Source of the DNA: Callorhinchus milii | Lineage: Eukaryota | Direction of reading: 5' to 3' | Length of the DNA: 64,000 bases | Assembly (NCBI RefSeq): GCF_018977255.1 | Contig: NW_024704742.1 | Span: 41,728,001-41,792,000, forward strand | In this document: positions 1 to 12,428 of the stretch, one piece after another | Numbering within the stretch: the stretch's first letter is position 1 | Layout: every line of letters starts with the position of its first letter | Translations under genes and position numbers: made by a program | Notes under the pieces: generated by a model | Database searches by the model: none | What the model was told of the DNA's origin: nothing | The model's input: the letters and a program-made list of their open reading frames with translations, nothing else

Positions 1-835
1 TTGGATTTTAATGGCAGTGGAATAGCGCTGTGTGCTGTCTTAAGCAGCTGCGTGGTCAATCTTAGCTGTGCTACTATGGGAATTGGCAAGCAAAGGGAAG
101 ATGGAAGGAGGGGAGAATACGAGCGAGGAATGCCTGTTTGTGCCTCCTGCAGGCTGATTTCAGTGCAGCATAAGTAGAGTTGCTGGAGCTTGTTTTACCA
201 AGATATGGGACTTGTCGTGGGGACCCAATGAAGGAGAAAGAGAAAGTTAAAGAGACAATGTTTTGTGTTGCAGGCTTTGAAATTAATATATTGATTTTGG
301 AAAAAGAAACACTTTATCACCTTGGTTTCACTGACAAAGTGGGTGGGTGGTAGTTGCAGAGACTGAAAGATGAGAAGTACAGATGTCTCAATTGTTGTAA
401 CTGATGGTTTGACAATTGTGGAAACATGAAGATTATTTGTACAGTTCACAGAACACATGTGGTAAGAAAATCATCATTTAAATCGCTAAACCTTGGCTCA
501 TGATGTGGGTGTTCTGACAGAACAGAAAATAGTCTTCTCTTTTTACATTAAAGGGGCACTATCGGTCAATGGGGAGAATCTGTGAGGCAGAGAGATTCTA
601 TTCTGGAAATCTGCTAACGTGCTGCAATTTTGACCAGCACGGCAAGTTTGCTTTACAACACACACTAAAGACTTGAAATTCTACCTGGTCCCAGCTTGTA
701 AGAAGAGATTGTTAAATTTTAAGATTGCCCATCAGTGTAGAAAATTCTCAAATTCTGCCTTAATATGGAAGCCCATTTTCAATTTTTAAAAAGAGATGAA
801 AAAGGCTCCCAAATTAAGACTAAATTTCAGAAATA

Positions 836-975
836 AACGAAAGACAAAATACTGCAGATGCTGGGAACCTGAAATAAAACAGAAGTCGCTTCGAACACGC
901 AGCAGATCAGGCAGCATTTATGGAGAGAGGAAAATGAGTTAACGTTTCAGGTCGATGACCTTTCGTCAGAACTGG
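836..975 (-). mobile_element. Penelope-like element terminal-repeat fragment (common chondrichthyan repeat)
   Basis: The + strand reads ACTGCAGATGCTGG...AGCAGATCAGGCAGCATTTATGGAGAGAG...GTTAACGTTTCAGGTCGATGACCTTTCGTCAGAAC. I recognise this as a widespread shark/chimaera repeat, and it contains a hammerhead core of the kind found in PLE terminal repeats. Confidence 0.6.
937..973 (-). ncRNA. Minimal type I hammerhead ribozyme motif
   Basis: The minus strand reads AGUU-CUGACGA-A-AGGUC(AUC)GACCU-GAA-ACGU-U-AACU. It has the CUGANGA and GAAA boxes, a 5-bp stem II, stem I AGUU/AACU and a palindromic ACGU in place of stem III. Confidence 0.65.
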
Positions 976-1469
976 GGGATGTTGGAAGGGAGCAGATTAT
1001 GAGGACAAGCAGAGAAGGGGGTGGAGAAAGAAAGACAAACAAAAAACTAAGGTGGAGATTGTTTGTTTGAGATTGCAGAACTTTGTAAATCAAGGGGAAA
1101 TTTAACCTCTTTCGATTACTGATTTCTGTAAGCTCTTTAAGCAGTCGTGAAGAAGCTGAAAGTTGTAAAAATATTGTGGTGCTTCTATTTGCACATGCAA
1201 GTGTCCTGTTAGTGAGCTCACCTGGGGATCGCATGTGCTGCACTCACCACATTGAACACTGGGCCACTCAATGAGGTATGATGGTGGGTGACCCACGTGC
1301 CGTATTATGTCACTGCTCGGCTCAAGAAGCGAACTTGGAGGTAAAGATTGCAAGGGTCATCCTCCTGAAGTGTTCACTCATACCAGTATCTGGAGGTTGC
1401 GCTAGACACCTAACTTTGCTTGTACACTATCCTTCAGGACCACGTTGCCAAGAGATGAAGGGAACGCTA

Positions 1470-1605
1470 TAATAAATAATAATAATAATCCTTGCATTTG
1501 ATATAGCACCTTATCACGTCTTTGAGACGTCTCAAAATGCTTCACAGAATAAACCATAAAGTGAATTAAATGTATATTTTGTGGACAAAATATATCTGGG
1601 TGGGC
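1470..1605 (-). mobile_element. SINE 3' tail fragment (tRNA-Ala/L2-tail family)
   Basis: (AAT)n followed by CCTTGCATTTGATATAGCACCTTATCACGTC, the reverse complement of the tail of the full copies at 16644 and 32010. Confidence 0.85.
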
Positions 1606-1641
1606 GAAATATATTCAAATTTTGCAGGCGAAATATGCTCA

Positions 1642-2028
1642 AACCAGCCAGCCTGGCTCATCGGCAAGACTTGGAGAGGCAGACAAGTCATTGGGGACTG
1701 GGATTCTTCCCACTTGGCTTCTGTTAACCCTGCAAGCCAAATCCTAACAGGAGGGTGGTCCTAGATGGACAATCAGTAGGAAGCTTGTCAAACAGTGCTC
1801 AAAAGCAAACCTTTGCCAGTTTAGCTGGTTAAACTTCAGTGATACCGTAATGCACAACCTAGGGTTCCCAAGTCTTGTTTTTTGTCAACCTTTGCCTAAT
1901 ACTCTCTGGATTTAGGTAAGCGGATTGCATCTCTCCAGGAAGAGAGTGCGCATTCCAGACACAGGGATACTCTTAAGTACTGTGATGGGTGTCTGTACGT
2001 GTCAGACACTTGGCTGACGAAACAAAAA
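1642..2028 (+). repeat. Unclassified interspersed repeat 'A', copy 1
   Basis: CCAGCCAGCCTGGCTCATCGGCAAGACTTGG...GTTAACCCTGCAAGCCAA...GTGTCAGACAC is homologous to the copies at 10636, 29025 and 58245. Confidence 0.75.
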
Positions 2029-2964
2029 CACACCTCAGTTTACCATTCTAGTCAATATAGTTGAACTGGACATCTTTCTAATGATATTGTCCCTTTAATT
2101 ATTCAGAAATCATTGATGATCAACAAACATCCTTCCTTTGGTCTTCATCTTAGAAAGAATATTTTTATGTCTTTATGCATTTTTAAATGCTATTCTATTA
2201 GTTCTGCAAGAAAAATGCCAGTTGATAGAAGAGGTTAGTGCATAGGAATGTGTCAGAAATAAATGTACCACTGATGATTAATTGATCACTAGACGATCAT
2301 TTTTAAGGTTAACCTGTCAGCACACAGTAATAATTTGCCTCCTTATTTCCAGATGGTAATTAATGTACGAGTTTTAAATTATTTTTTTTTCTCCCTGATT
2401 TGTAATGAAATGAATCAAATGTTAAACTTGTAAAGTCTGCTGATTTCCACATCAGTAACATTAACCTGCTGAAGACATCAGTTGAAGGCACAGCTTGTGC
2501 AGAATGTGGAATGGTTTGGGTAGATTTGCTAATGCACCTTATCTGCTATAACCTTCAGGTTTGACATTTCCTGCTCATCGTGGTAATTTAATGCAGATGG
2601 CAATCCTGCCTTGTTTTGTTTGTGAGTAACCCGAGTCTCCGTTTTTTCTTCAAGGCTTCTTCCTCCGACAAGAATTTCTGATTCCCTTATCTCCTTCATC
2701 TGCAGGTGGTTCAGATTTAAAAGGGTGAATAACTGTGAGGCAGGAGACCATGTCAGGGAAATAAACAGGATGTGGTTTCTTCCCTTTACCGAATCCCGAT
2801 CACTTTGTTTGCGAACAGTGGGGTTGAAAAATGTGACATTTCATAACGGTTTCAATAATTGTCAATGGGATGTGTTATGAAAAATTTTGCACCCCAGATT
2901 TTTTGTTAAACAAATTATTCCATTAAATAGTCTTAACTGTGGTTCATTCAAGCCAGGCAGACAC

Positions 2965-3082
2965 AGACATTTCACCCACAAAATATAGTCAATTCACTTT
3001 ACAGTATATTCTGTGAAGCGATTTGAGATGTCTCGAAGACGTGATAAGGTACTATTTCAAATGTAAAGATTATTATTATTGT
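2965..3082 (+). mobile_element. SINE 3' tail fragment
   Basis: CCCACAAAATATAGTCAATTCACTTTACAG...GAAGACGTGATAAGG followed by (ATT)n. Confidence 0.85.
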
Positions 3083-3837
3083 AGACATACATAGAGGCAG
3101 ACTCATTCTTGAATACATAGAGGTTCAAGAATCAGTTCATATGGAAGCGGAGGGGCCAAACCTTAGCAACTTCCTGTGACTCCCAACACAGACCGACAAT
3201 GATCTCTACCCTTAACAGTGTCAGATTGGTGCAGGCACCTGGCCTTTGGATCAGTAGCCTGTAACCTTTTTCACATCCGCGCACAATTCCGCCCTGCTCA
3301 GTACTCATGCCCTGTACCGATCTCTGCCAAAACTTAATAACAATTTGCATTTATATAGTCTTACATGTCATGAAGAGGTCACAAAACATTTCGCAGTCAA
3401 CTGGGAGCTTGATCTGAGGAGAGGGGACAGAAGCTGGCGTAGGGCTTTGAGCCTCAAGGCTTGGTCCTTGGGCCTCTTTTTTCCCTAACTGTCCTGGACT
3501 AGGCTCCTGCTTCCTTGAGTGTGAGACAGGTAGACAGAGAGCATACAAATAATATTGGGAACCTGCTGAGAATGGCCCAGGGTTTCTAACCCTCTTCACA
3601 TCCTTTACAGCTTATTGGTTCTTTTAGGCAAGTTCTAAACTTTTCAGCTGCCTGGACAGAGAATGGGCTTGGATTTGCACAACTTTACACCCCAATCCAC
3701 TCATCGATCAACTTTACATCAACGCTCATGGACTGGAGAGTGTAAAGTTGAGTTCCTCTGCAGCTTGGTGGTCATATTGAGGGGAAGGAATCTCCCAGTT
3801 ACTCGAGGGTGCTGTGCTCTTTAATAAAGGCTTTGTA

Positions 3838-3945
3838 ATGTAATAATAATAATCCCTGTATTTGATATAGCACCTTATCACGTCTTCGAGACGTCTCAAA
3901 GCGCTTCACAAAATATACTGCATAGTGAATTGCCTGAATATTTTG
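3838..3945 (-). mobile_element. SINE 3' tail fragment
   Basis: (AAT)n followed by ...CACGTCTTCGAGACGTCTCAAAGCGCTTCAC. Confidence 0.85.
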
Positions 3946-3961
3946 TTAGTACTGTACTATA

Positions 3962-4350
3962 GTAATCTTTGCATTTGATATAGTGCTGTATTCCATGAAA
4001 AAAGTCTCAAAGTGCTTCATAGGATTTTACTCTAAAGTGCAGTGACTATGTATTTAAATATGGCAGCCAATTTGCAACACAGGAATATCCCACAGACCTC
4101 CAATTTAAATTGGAGGATTGCTAGTCAGGACATTGAGTGAAACTCCCTTCTCTTTTTGAATAGTACTTGAATAGGGATCTTTAATATCCAGCTGAGCAGG
4201 CAGATGAAACCTTAGTTTAATGTCTTATCTGAAGGATGTCACCTCCTGTATTGCAGCTCAGCCCAAGCACTGGATTGGAGTACCAGCCTTGACTGTGAAT
4301 TTGAAGTTTCGACGTGGGGACTCAGAGGCAAGAGAGCTAACAACTGAGCC
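3962..4350 (-). mobile_element. DeuSINE-like SINE, decayed
   Basis: Reverse complement of a Deu-domain-like core (GGGATCTTTAATATCCAGCTGAGCAGGCAGATG...GTTTAATGTCTTATCTGAAGGATGTCACCTC) and a tRNA-like head (GACTCAGAGGCAAGAGAGCTAACAACTGAGCC). Confidence 0.7.
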
Positions 4351-5022
4351 AGTCTGACAGCAGCCACCATGAGCATGAGCCAGAATTACTGCCGACAACA
4401 AGCGTGAAAGCTCATTATAATAGTTGCACAGACATTTGGCAAACAAAATAAATGATTGTGAAACATTTTGAATGTACCTGAGATTTGGTAAAAGAGTAAT
4501 AATAATAATAATCATTGCATTTGAATTAGGGCCTTTCACATCTTCAGGACATGTCAAAATGCTTTGCAAGGTTTATTGCAAAGCGTAGTGACTGTGGATT
4601 GACTTTAGTACTTTGATTTGTTAAGATTGCTGTGAAAGAGTTATCTTCAGACAATTAGTTGACTGAACTCAACCTTTCAGGGTTAATAACATTTCTTATC
4701 TGAGTCATTAGCGTTATCTTGCTTTTCGTAATGAGAATCTAATGTTTTCATACAGTCAGGTAGATTGCAATGGCATCATAACGTGTGCAAAATCCATCTG
4801 CAGTGTTTGCACTGACTTACCAGATAATCCAATAATTAAAGGTGAACATCATTGCTGCCAGAGTAATGTGGAAAAAATCAGTATTCCACTAATCTTTTTG
4901 TTAATTGTAATACTCACTGACATACATAGCATTTTCTCTTAATAGCTTTAAGCGACATTATTGCTTCATACTTTATCCACATTTCATCCACAATTTGGAT
5001 GACTTTGTAAGATTTGTAAAAT

Positions 5023-5233
5023 GATTTGTAAATAGCAGATTCTGCAAGCACCTGGACATGTCTTACACCGACCCTCTGGAATGCCAATTCATGCTGGAGC
5101 TCGTGCCAGCAGAAGCCCTCTGGCCACAATCTGGCTTCACTGATTTAGCAGGTGCTATTGGCATCTAAACAGAGTTCCAGAGGCTTAGTCTGAAACGTGC
5201 CCAGTTAGCTACAGGATTAGCAATTTAAATATC
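5023..5233. repeat. Imperfect foldback (palindromic) element, probable ancient MITE
   Basis: Left arm GATTTGTAAATAGC...CTGGACATGTCTTACACCGACCCTCTGGAA pairs with right arm TTCCAGAGGCTTAGTCTGAAACGTGCCCAG...GCAATTTAAATATC. Confidence 0.55.
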
Positions 5234-7294
5234 CTACTGCAAATCTCATAAACTAGAGCTAAATGGGCTGGAAAGGCAGTGCCAGATGAGTCCTCTCCCA
5301 CAAAAAAAATCAATCAATTTATAGCCCAGAAGCAGGTCATTCAGCAGGTGTGCCTGCACCTATACTCTGAAATGCCCTTCCTGCGTGAAAGCCATTGTAT
5401 AAATGTAATATTGTTGTTTGTTGAAGTTGAAACAGCTCCTCACGCAGTCCACTTCCCTGACCTGAAATCCCTTAATGTTTCTTTCTCAAAAGTGTCTAAT
5501 TCCCATTTAAAAGCCATTATGGATTTTGCTTCAACTGCATTTATGGTTATTATTTAATAGAATTTGTTTTGTTTTGTAAATATGTGTTCTGTTTTTTCTG
5601 ATTACAGTCTGTAGGAGATTTCAAATGCTAAAACTGGCCTCACAGTCCCAGCTTGATGGAGCTGCCCATCAAAGAAACAAGTGCAGGTTGGCCTATTGGC
5701 CTAATTCTCTCAGTACTGGAGGCAAGAAATGCATCTCTCCAATGTGTTGGACCACAACCACCTCCCAGATATAAAACTGAAATACTTACAGAGCATATTC
5801 CAGTCAGACAAGTGATGTTTGACAGCAACCAGGAACTGGGAAATATCAGGCAGTTTGGGCCCCTTCCTGAAGAACAAGTCAGTGCTAACTACCCCAACCA
5901 ACCAGACCACTGCAGGAAATAAATCAACACTAGTGAACTGACCACAGTCAGACAGCCAGACAGGGATAGTGACCCCTAGGCAATTAGACCCTTAGTCAAG
6001 GTGGGCAAAATCCCATGTCTGTTTCACCCCCCACTCCGCTCCCCGTGCACACAACCTAACCTTACTCTGGGCCCCACAACAAAGATTAGCTTCAGCCCTT
6101 AAAGACGCATTGTGAAAAGCGCTATATGAAATGCAAGGATTATTGTTATTGTGCCAAGAACATTTGCGGCCACAAACTGAGTGTACAATGTGCTGTAAGC
6201 ACTGTGCTATCAAAATGTGAAACAACGTCCCAAGACATCAAGATGTGTGCAAACAGTGAAGAAAAAATCAAAAAGAAGAGCCAACATTAGCTGAATAACA
6301 AAAATATCTAATCACATTTTTTATGTGCATAAAAGTCATAATAAATAATAATCCTTACATTTGATATAACGTCATTCACATTGGGAGGACATCCCAAAGT
6401 ACTTCACAGAATACATGTAAAGTGTAGTGACTTGTGGGCGAATGAACAGTATGATTCCAGTGCAGTGTTCAGCAGATCCATTTAACTTTCAAGCTGTTAT
6501 TTTGCAAGTTCTTTTAAGAAATACAGAAAAACTGATTCAAAGTTAAGACTGAATTCAACAATTTGGCAAATTCAGAAACTTCTGAAATGCTGCATAAATA
6601 ATAAATAAAGATTGGAATAGGTGGCCAGGACACTGGACTCTTTAAAAAGTTTTGTGAAGGGGAGGGGTAGGATGAGATCAGATGGACTGATAGGCCTCTT
6701 CGTCTAAACCAATCTTGTGATCTAAATCTAGACCCAGTGAAATTTCACACCAAACATCATACTCAGAAAGATTAGTCTAACAGTGCATCCTGAAGTCCCT
6801 CCAACTCTTTCTCTGCCTCCCTTCACCTCATTCAAGGTCCGTCTCAAGCCTCATACCTCTTTGACTATGCTTTCGGGCATATTTTGCCACTCCTCCCACC
6901 TCTGTTCTCCAGCCAGTTCTATTAAACATAAAATTGTATTGTAGTGTATTACAGTCCAGGTACAAAAGGTTAATTTTGTTATAATTGCCATGAATCACAT
7001 TATTAGCGGAATGAGGATTTGGTTTACTGTTACAAAATAGTTTTATAAAATTCTTATCTGGAAACCTTGTACAAATTAAGAATCATTTTGACAGTCTAAA
7101 TTTATATCCGTAAAACCATCACACAGATCTAATTTTTCATGTGTTCAATTAATATTTTTCATCATTTTTTAAATTGTCTGCATGAAGTTTGGTAAAAATC
7201 TCCTTTATTGATGTATTGTGGAATACCTGGACTCATCATTTCAGTAGCTCAAAGTCTGTAATCTTTCTGTTCTATTTCCAAATGTCTATTGTGT

Positions 7295-7888
7295 GTTTAC
7301 ATGCATTTCTCACATCCATGCTTGACTACGCCAACTCCCTGCTTGATGGCCTTCCCGACTCTTCCCTCCACAAGCTGCAGATCATCCAGAACTCTGCAGC
7401 TCATGTCCTCTCCTGCACTAATTTCTGTGACTCCATCACCCCGACCAGCTCCACTGGCTCCTCATCCCCCAGAGGACAGAATTCAAAAACATCGTCTTCA
7501 CCTTCAAGGCAATCCACGGCCTTGTTCCTTCCTACCTCTGTGATCTACTGACCTCATATCAACTTCTCTGCTCAGCAGGCTCAAGCCTGCTCCATGTCCC
7601 CCGACCGCCCCGCCACACCACTGGCCGTCGGGCCTTCAGCCTCTCTGCCCCACCCTTTGGAACCCCATCTCGCAGTCCCTTCGCCTTGCTCCCTCCCTTA
7701 CTGTCTTTAAGGCACGTCTCAAGACCCTCCTCTTCGACCGCACCTGAGGCTATCTACCTACCCCTACCCTCTCTATCCTCCACTCCCCCTGATCCCAACC
7801 CCCTGCTTGGGTTGAAATCCCTGAGAGTCCAGCGCTTTGGGATGTCCCCCTGACATGAGAGGCACTATACACGTGAATTTTTTGCTGC
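7295..7888 (+). mobile_element. L2-clade LINE, 5'-truncated 3' end
   Basis: Encodes the ORF2 C-terminal motif HAFLTSMLDYANSLLDGLP..LHKLQIIQNSAA and ends in an L2 tail GGGATGTCCCCCTGACATGAGAGGCACTATAC. Confidence 0.9.
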
Positions 7889-9596
7889 TATGTACATATG
7901 GGGAGCTAAGGCATTTTATTGACCAATACATACATTTTAATGGCTGAAATTATTCAGAAAATAATATTTTCTTACAATATTTCTCTATTCACACCTTTTT
8001 TGATGGATTTATATCCTAAATATTAAACATATAATTTTTAATATATGGAATCCTGTAACTTAATGGTTGGAGCACTTGTTTCACAAGACCTGCATATATC
8101 AAATGCAAAGATTATTATTATTACTATTTTTGCAGAACATCTCGTAGCTTTCAGCCATTCTACCGTGTTCTCTGGAACTCCATTCCACAGTCCCTCCACC
8201 TCAGGCCTCCCCCCTCTCTTTTGAAGCCCACCTTAACCTACCTTTTCAACTGCTTTTGGTCATCTTTCTCTTCACCTCCCCACCTCTCCTCAGATCCTCC
8301 CACCATCTACCAATTTAGATACAGTTATCTATTTGAAGGGTTTTGGGACATCTTCCTGGCTTAATGAATATGAATTCTATAGTATTGCAGGTTTCAGAAG
8401 AATAGGACATCAATATATTAAATTGTTTTATTCCACTTAAAAAAAATCTTTTTCCTTTTTATCTTACCTGAATATAGTATAATTGATGCATTTTAAAATA
8501 ATAAATAAGGACCTTGAAATATCTATGTTTGTAAATATAAACTTTTAATTAATAGAGATTAGCATTCTTGTAAGATTTTTTTTAGAACAAAAATACAATG
8601 AAAAGTATTCCCCCCCGCATTTTATACGTTTATGATTAAACCACAGCAATAAGTCAGTGAAGCCGTAATGGTTTCAATTAATCCTAAATCCACAGTTAAT
8701 TAAACTGTGTCTAACAGAGCAGCATAATTATATTGAATGGCATACCTAATGTGCCGCACAGCTTTATCCTGCCCTTTGAACTTTCTCAGAGGTTAGACAT
8801 CAAGATGAATGATAGATCACTTCAGATGAGTAGTTACTGTAGTTAATATCCCAGCATTGCTAATTTAAGTGCAATAAAATAGTCAAATCAATTCTTCATT
8901 TACTATACTCCAATATCGTCAGTACCTAAGCAACAGAGAACATTTGCACAAACACCCGTCCTTTCTATTTTTTTGGTATGTCCCTTTTCCTAAAACCCTT
9001 CTTGCACTTTGAACCCAAGTGGACATATCAGTGATAGTATTTGCAGAGCTTGTAAGATTAAAAGGATGCATTTCGCCTGCAAAATACACAGTCAATCCAC
9101 TTTACAATATATTCTGTGAAGTGCTTTGAGACATCTCTGCAGTGTGATGAGGTGGTAAATCAAATGAAAGGATTATTATTGTTAATATTGGGAGGGGAAT
9201 TGGTTTGGGGTCCAGATAGGTGAAATTCTGATCCGGTTATTTCTCATTTCCTGCAGATAGAGGTTGTGAGAATCAACCACCTAAAAATAGCATTTCAAGA
9301 CCGCACACCAGGAAACTGACAAAAAGTAGTTGGTTTCTCATATAATTTTTTTTCCCCGTTAATTTGCTTGAATAATGGCAGACCGTCAATAATGGCAGAC
9401 CGTCAATAGCTATGAGGGTGAAACCCCAAGATGCCGATGGCCTTGGAAGCAGCAGAATAAGCTGTGTTGGATTACACAGGTCAGTTATTGCAGACAAAAA
9501 TTTAAGGCATGAAGTTTGCAGCATTCCTTGATGTGTTGCTTGTGTTAATTATTCCCCCTTGATTAATTTTCTCACCTCTTTCCTGTTTTTGACAGA

Positions 9597-9830
9597 ATTA
9601 AGAACATAGGAACAGGAGTAGACGATTAGATTGAGCCCATCGAGCCTGATCTGGCATTTTCTTGGATCATGGCTGATCTGTAACTCATTTACCCTCCTTT
9701 TGTCCATGCCCTATGATACACTGTCTAGACAAATATTTCTCCACTTCCCTCTTACATACTCCCACTAATTCTGTATTAACAATCCTTTGAGGAAGTATCC
9801 TCGACTCTGAGTAACAAAAATAATCCTGAT
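9597..9830 (-). mobile_element. CR1-clade LINE 3' end
   Basis: AAGAACATAGGAACAGGAGTAG...GCCCATCGAGCCTG...GATCATGGCTGATCTG is a typical reverse-complement CR1 tail. Confidence 0.7.
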
Positions 9831-9884
9831 TTCATTTATCTCTCTTTGCTCTACCATAAGTTTTCCGTGCTTTCATTCACCTTG

Positions 9885-10012
9885 CTTCCCCCGCTGCCCT
9901 CCACCCTCCCCAATCCCAACCCCCAGCTCAGGTCTGAAACTCTGACTGTCCAGCACCCTGGGATGTCCTCCCAACGTGAAAGGCGCAATACAAATGTAAT
10001 TTTCTTGTTGCT
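9885..10012 (+). mobile_element. L2 3' UTR/tail fragment
   Basis: GGGATGTCCTCCCAACGTGAAAGGCGCAATACAAATGTAATTTTCTTGTTG. Confidence 0.85.
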
Positions 10013-10321
10013 TTTTCTTAACTTCCCCCTAATATATTTTTAATCAGGACTGGTCTTGCCTCCCCTTCTCCATCCTACAAAGAGGCTTCTCGAGCCCATT
10101 ATTTCAGTTCCAATGAAAAAACATACACAAAGTAATAACCTATCATTCCCTCTCAGATGGTGACTAACCTGCTGTACATTTTCAGGATTGTCTGTTTCTA
10201 ACACAGCACCAGGAATTCTATTTAACCTTACCAATTTACAGCTATTCTCTGGTCATCACTGGATTCCATTAGTCAGATGCATAAATAATCTTTGTATGAC
10301 TGCTATGACTGAAAGAGTGGA

Positions 10322-10634
10322 TAACAACAACAGCAAGATTACATTTGTATAGTGCCTTTCACGTCGGGAGGTGTTCCCAAGGTACTGGATAGGATACAGC
10401 ATTTCAGACCCGAGCTGGGGTCAGAGGGAGAGAAGGGAGGGGAGGGGAAGGGGGGTGGCGGATGGCATGGTTGAAGAGGAGGATTTTGAGGCGGGACTTG
10501 AAGGAGGCTAAGGAGGGGGTGAGGCTGAGTGATTGGGGGATGGAATTCCAGTGGTTGGGGCAGAGTGGCTGAAGGCTCTCCCGCCAATGGTGGGCGAGGG
10601 ACGTGGAGCAGGCCGGAGCCGGCTGAGCGGAGGG
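10322..10634 (-). mobile_element. L2 3' end
   Basis: (CAA)n followed by ATTACATTTGTATAGTGCCTTTCACGTCGGGAGG; an LRSAGSGLLHVPR motif lies on the minus strand. Confidence 0.9.
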
Positions 10635-10635
10635 G

Positions 10636-11008
10636 TGTTAACCCTATAAACCAACGCCTTACCGGGTAGTCCATTCTAGACAAGCAGTAGGAAAGCTCGC
10701 CAGTCTATACCATCAATGGCAAGCTATGCAGTTTGAAGGGTATAAACTCTAAACTCCAGTCATATCACAACAAACACTCCAGGTTCCCCAAGTCTTTGAA
10801 TCTTGCCAACTGTGCCTAATACCTCCTGAAATTAGATGAAGCTAATTCCTTTGTATCGCTACATGGAGAGAGAGTGCACATTTCAAAACAGACATAGACA
10901 TTTCCATGTGTAGGTACAAATACATGAAATGGTCAGTTTGGTTTGGATATTCTTAAGCATGGTGATGGGTTTCCACATGTGTCAGACACCCAGCTGCAAA
11001 ACAAAAAT
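10636..11008 (+). repeat. Unclassified interspersed repeat 'A', copy 2
   Basis: GTTAACCCTATAAACCAA...CAGTAGGAAAGCT...GGTTCCCCAAGTCTT...GTGTCAGACACCCAGCTGCAAAACAAAAA. Confidence 0.7.
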
Positions 11009-12056
11009 GCTGGGAAGTATGTGCCCCAAGACAGGCAAGTATTTGAGAAGTGAGAGCAGGTCAGTGTCTTTTGGATGACAATACCCTTCAGTCCAGAGGC
11101 ACCAAACCACATAGGGATGGACATGACCCATCCCTTCAATATAACATCTTTTGAAGTGTGCAATTGCATCTTTATCCTTACAATATTTAAAGCATTTTTG
11201 GGGAGAATATAGAAAATAGCTAATATATTTGCGATGTTAATTATTTTCATCAATATATTTATATTATTTATGCTAAATATGTTAAATATCTACAATCACA
11301 TATATTGTCATTTTATGTATTGTATGCACACTCAACTTAGATATTACGTTACAAATCTTGCAGTTTCCTTTAAATTGTTATAAAAAGCTGCTTCAGATTA
11401 TCTGAAGGTTATTGTATAGTATGAGATTGTATTGTGACTATATTCAGGACACATAGAAGTTCAATACTGACAATGTATAAAAATCAAATGATAACCTGCT
11501 GAGAATAAGTAGAATGACTTATCTCAATAGAAGTCTCACATTGGTATGAATGAGAACATCAAATGTTTTGAAATTTGGGGTTTAAGAATTTCTGCATTTT
11601 CAAAAGTCATTTTCTTGTCTCATGCGATTTGAACAAGTACCCTGGTTTATAGACTCACTCTGTATACTTGTGGGACCATTTACCTTAGATTGATATGGTT
11701 GTAAGGTTTTTTTTCTCCAGTTGTTCTTCAAAGTTACTCGGGCAACAGTCTGAGCACATTAGCATCCAATAATAATGAAATAAACTTCCGTCGGGAATAC
11801 TTCTGCAAAAGCAAGGAGAGCATAAGCAAGTGTTTAACATATCACACACCAGAGAAACAAGGCTGCATTTGAAGCTTCACAAAATATTCCACTTGGATCT
11901 GAAACTATTTAGAAAATTTGCCTCGCAGAGGTTTTGCCTTGAATTCACGTTTTATGGCAACATTTAAACTAAGAATTGGTGTTTTATATTTATTCTGTCT
12001 GTTTACTGTTGCAATTCAATCGTTTTACAAATGCTGTATGCATCTAATAACAATTG

Positions 12057-12428
12057 GCATCCAGTATCTTAGTGGTTAGAGCATTTGCCTTGCAAACAAG
12101 AGGACCTGGGTTCGATTCCTGGCAGGACGAAACATTGGACAAGTTTCCTTACTCCACACGCCCCTATTTACCTAACAGTAAGTAGGACCCCAGTTGTTAG
12201 TTGATTAGAGGTTCGCTTTTACAGAGGTAGTAATTCCTTAAAAATAACCAATAATAATTTGGTCACTCAATCCACGACAGTTTGTCGGACACAGCTGTGC
12301 GCAATTGGCTGCCGTGTTTCGCCCACAAAATACAGTTAATTCACTTCACCTTATATTCTGTGAAGTGCATTGAGACTTTACAAAGATGTGATAAAGGGCT
12401 ATATCAAATGCAAGGATTGTTATTATAA
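12057..12428 (+). mobile_element. tRNA-derived SINE, long variant, near full length
   Basis: Has an A/B-box head (TAGTGGTTAGAGC...GGTTCGATTCC), an extra central segment CCTATTTACCTAACAGTAAGTAGG and an L2-like tail. Confidence 0.9.
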
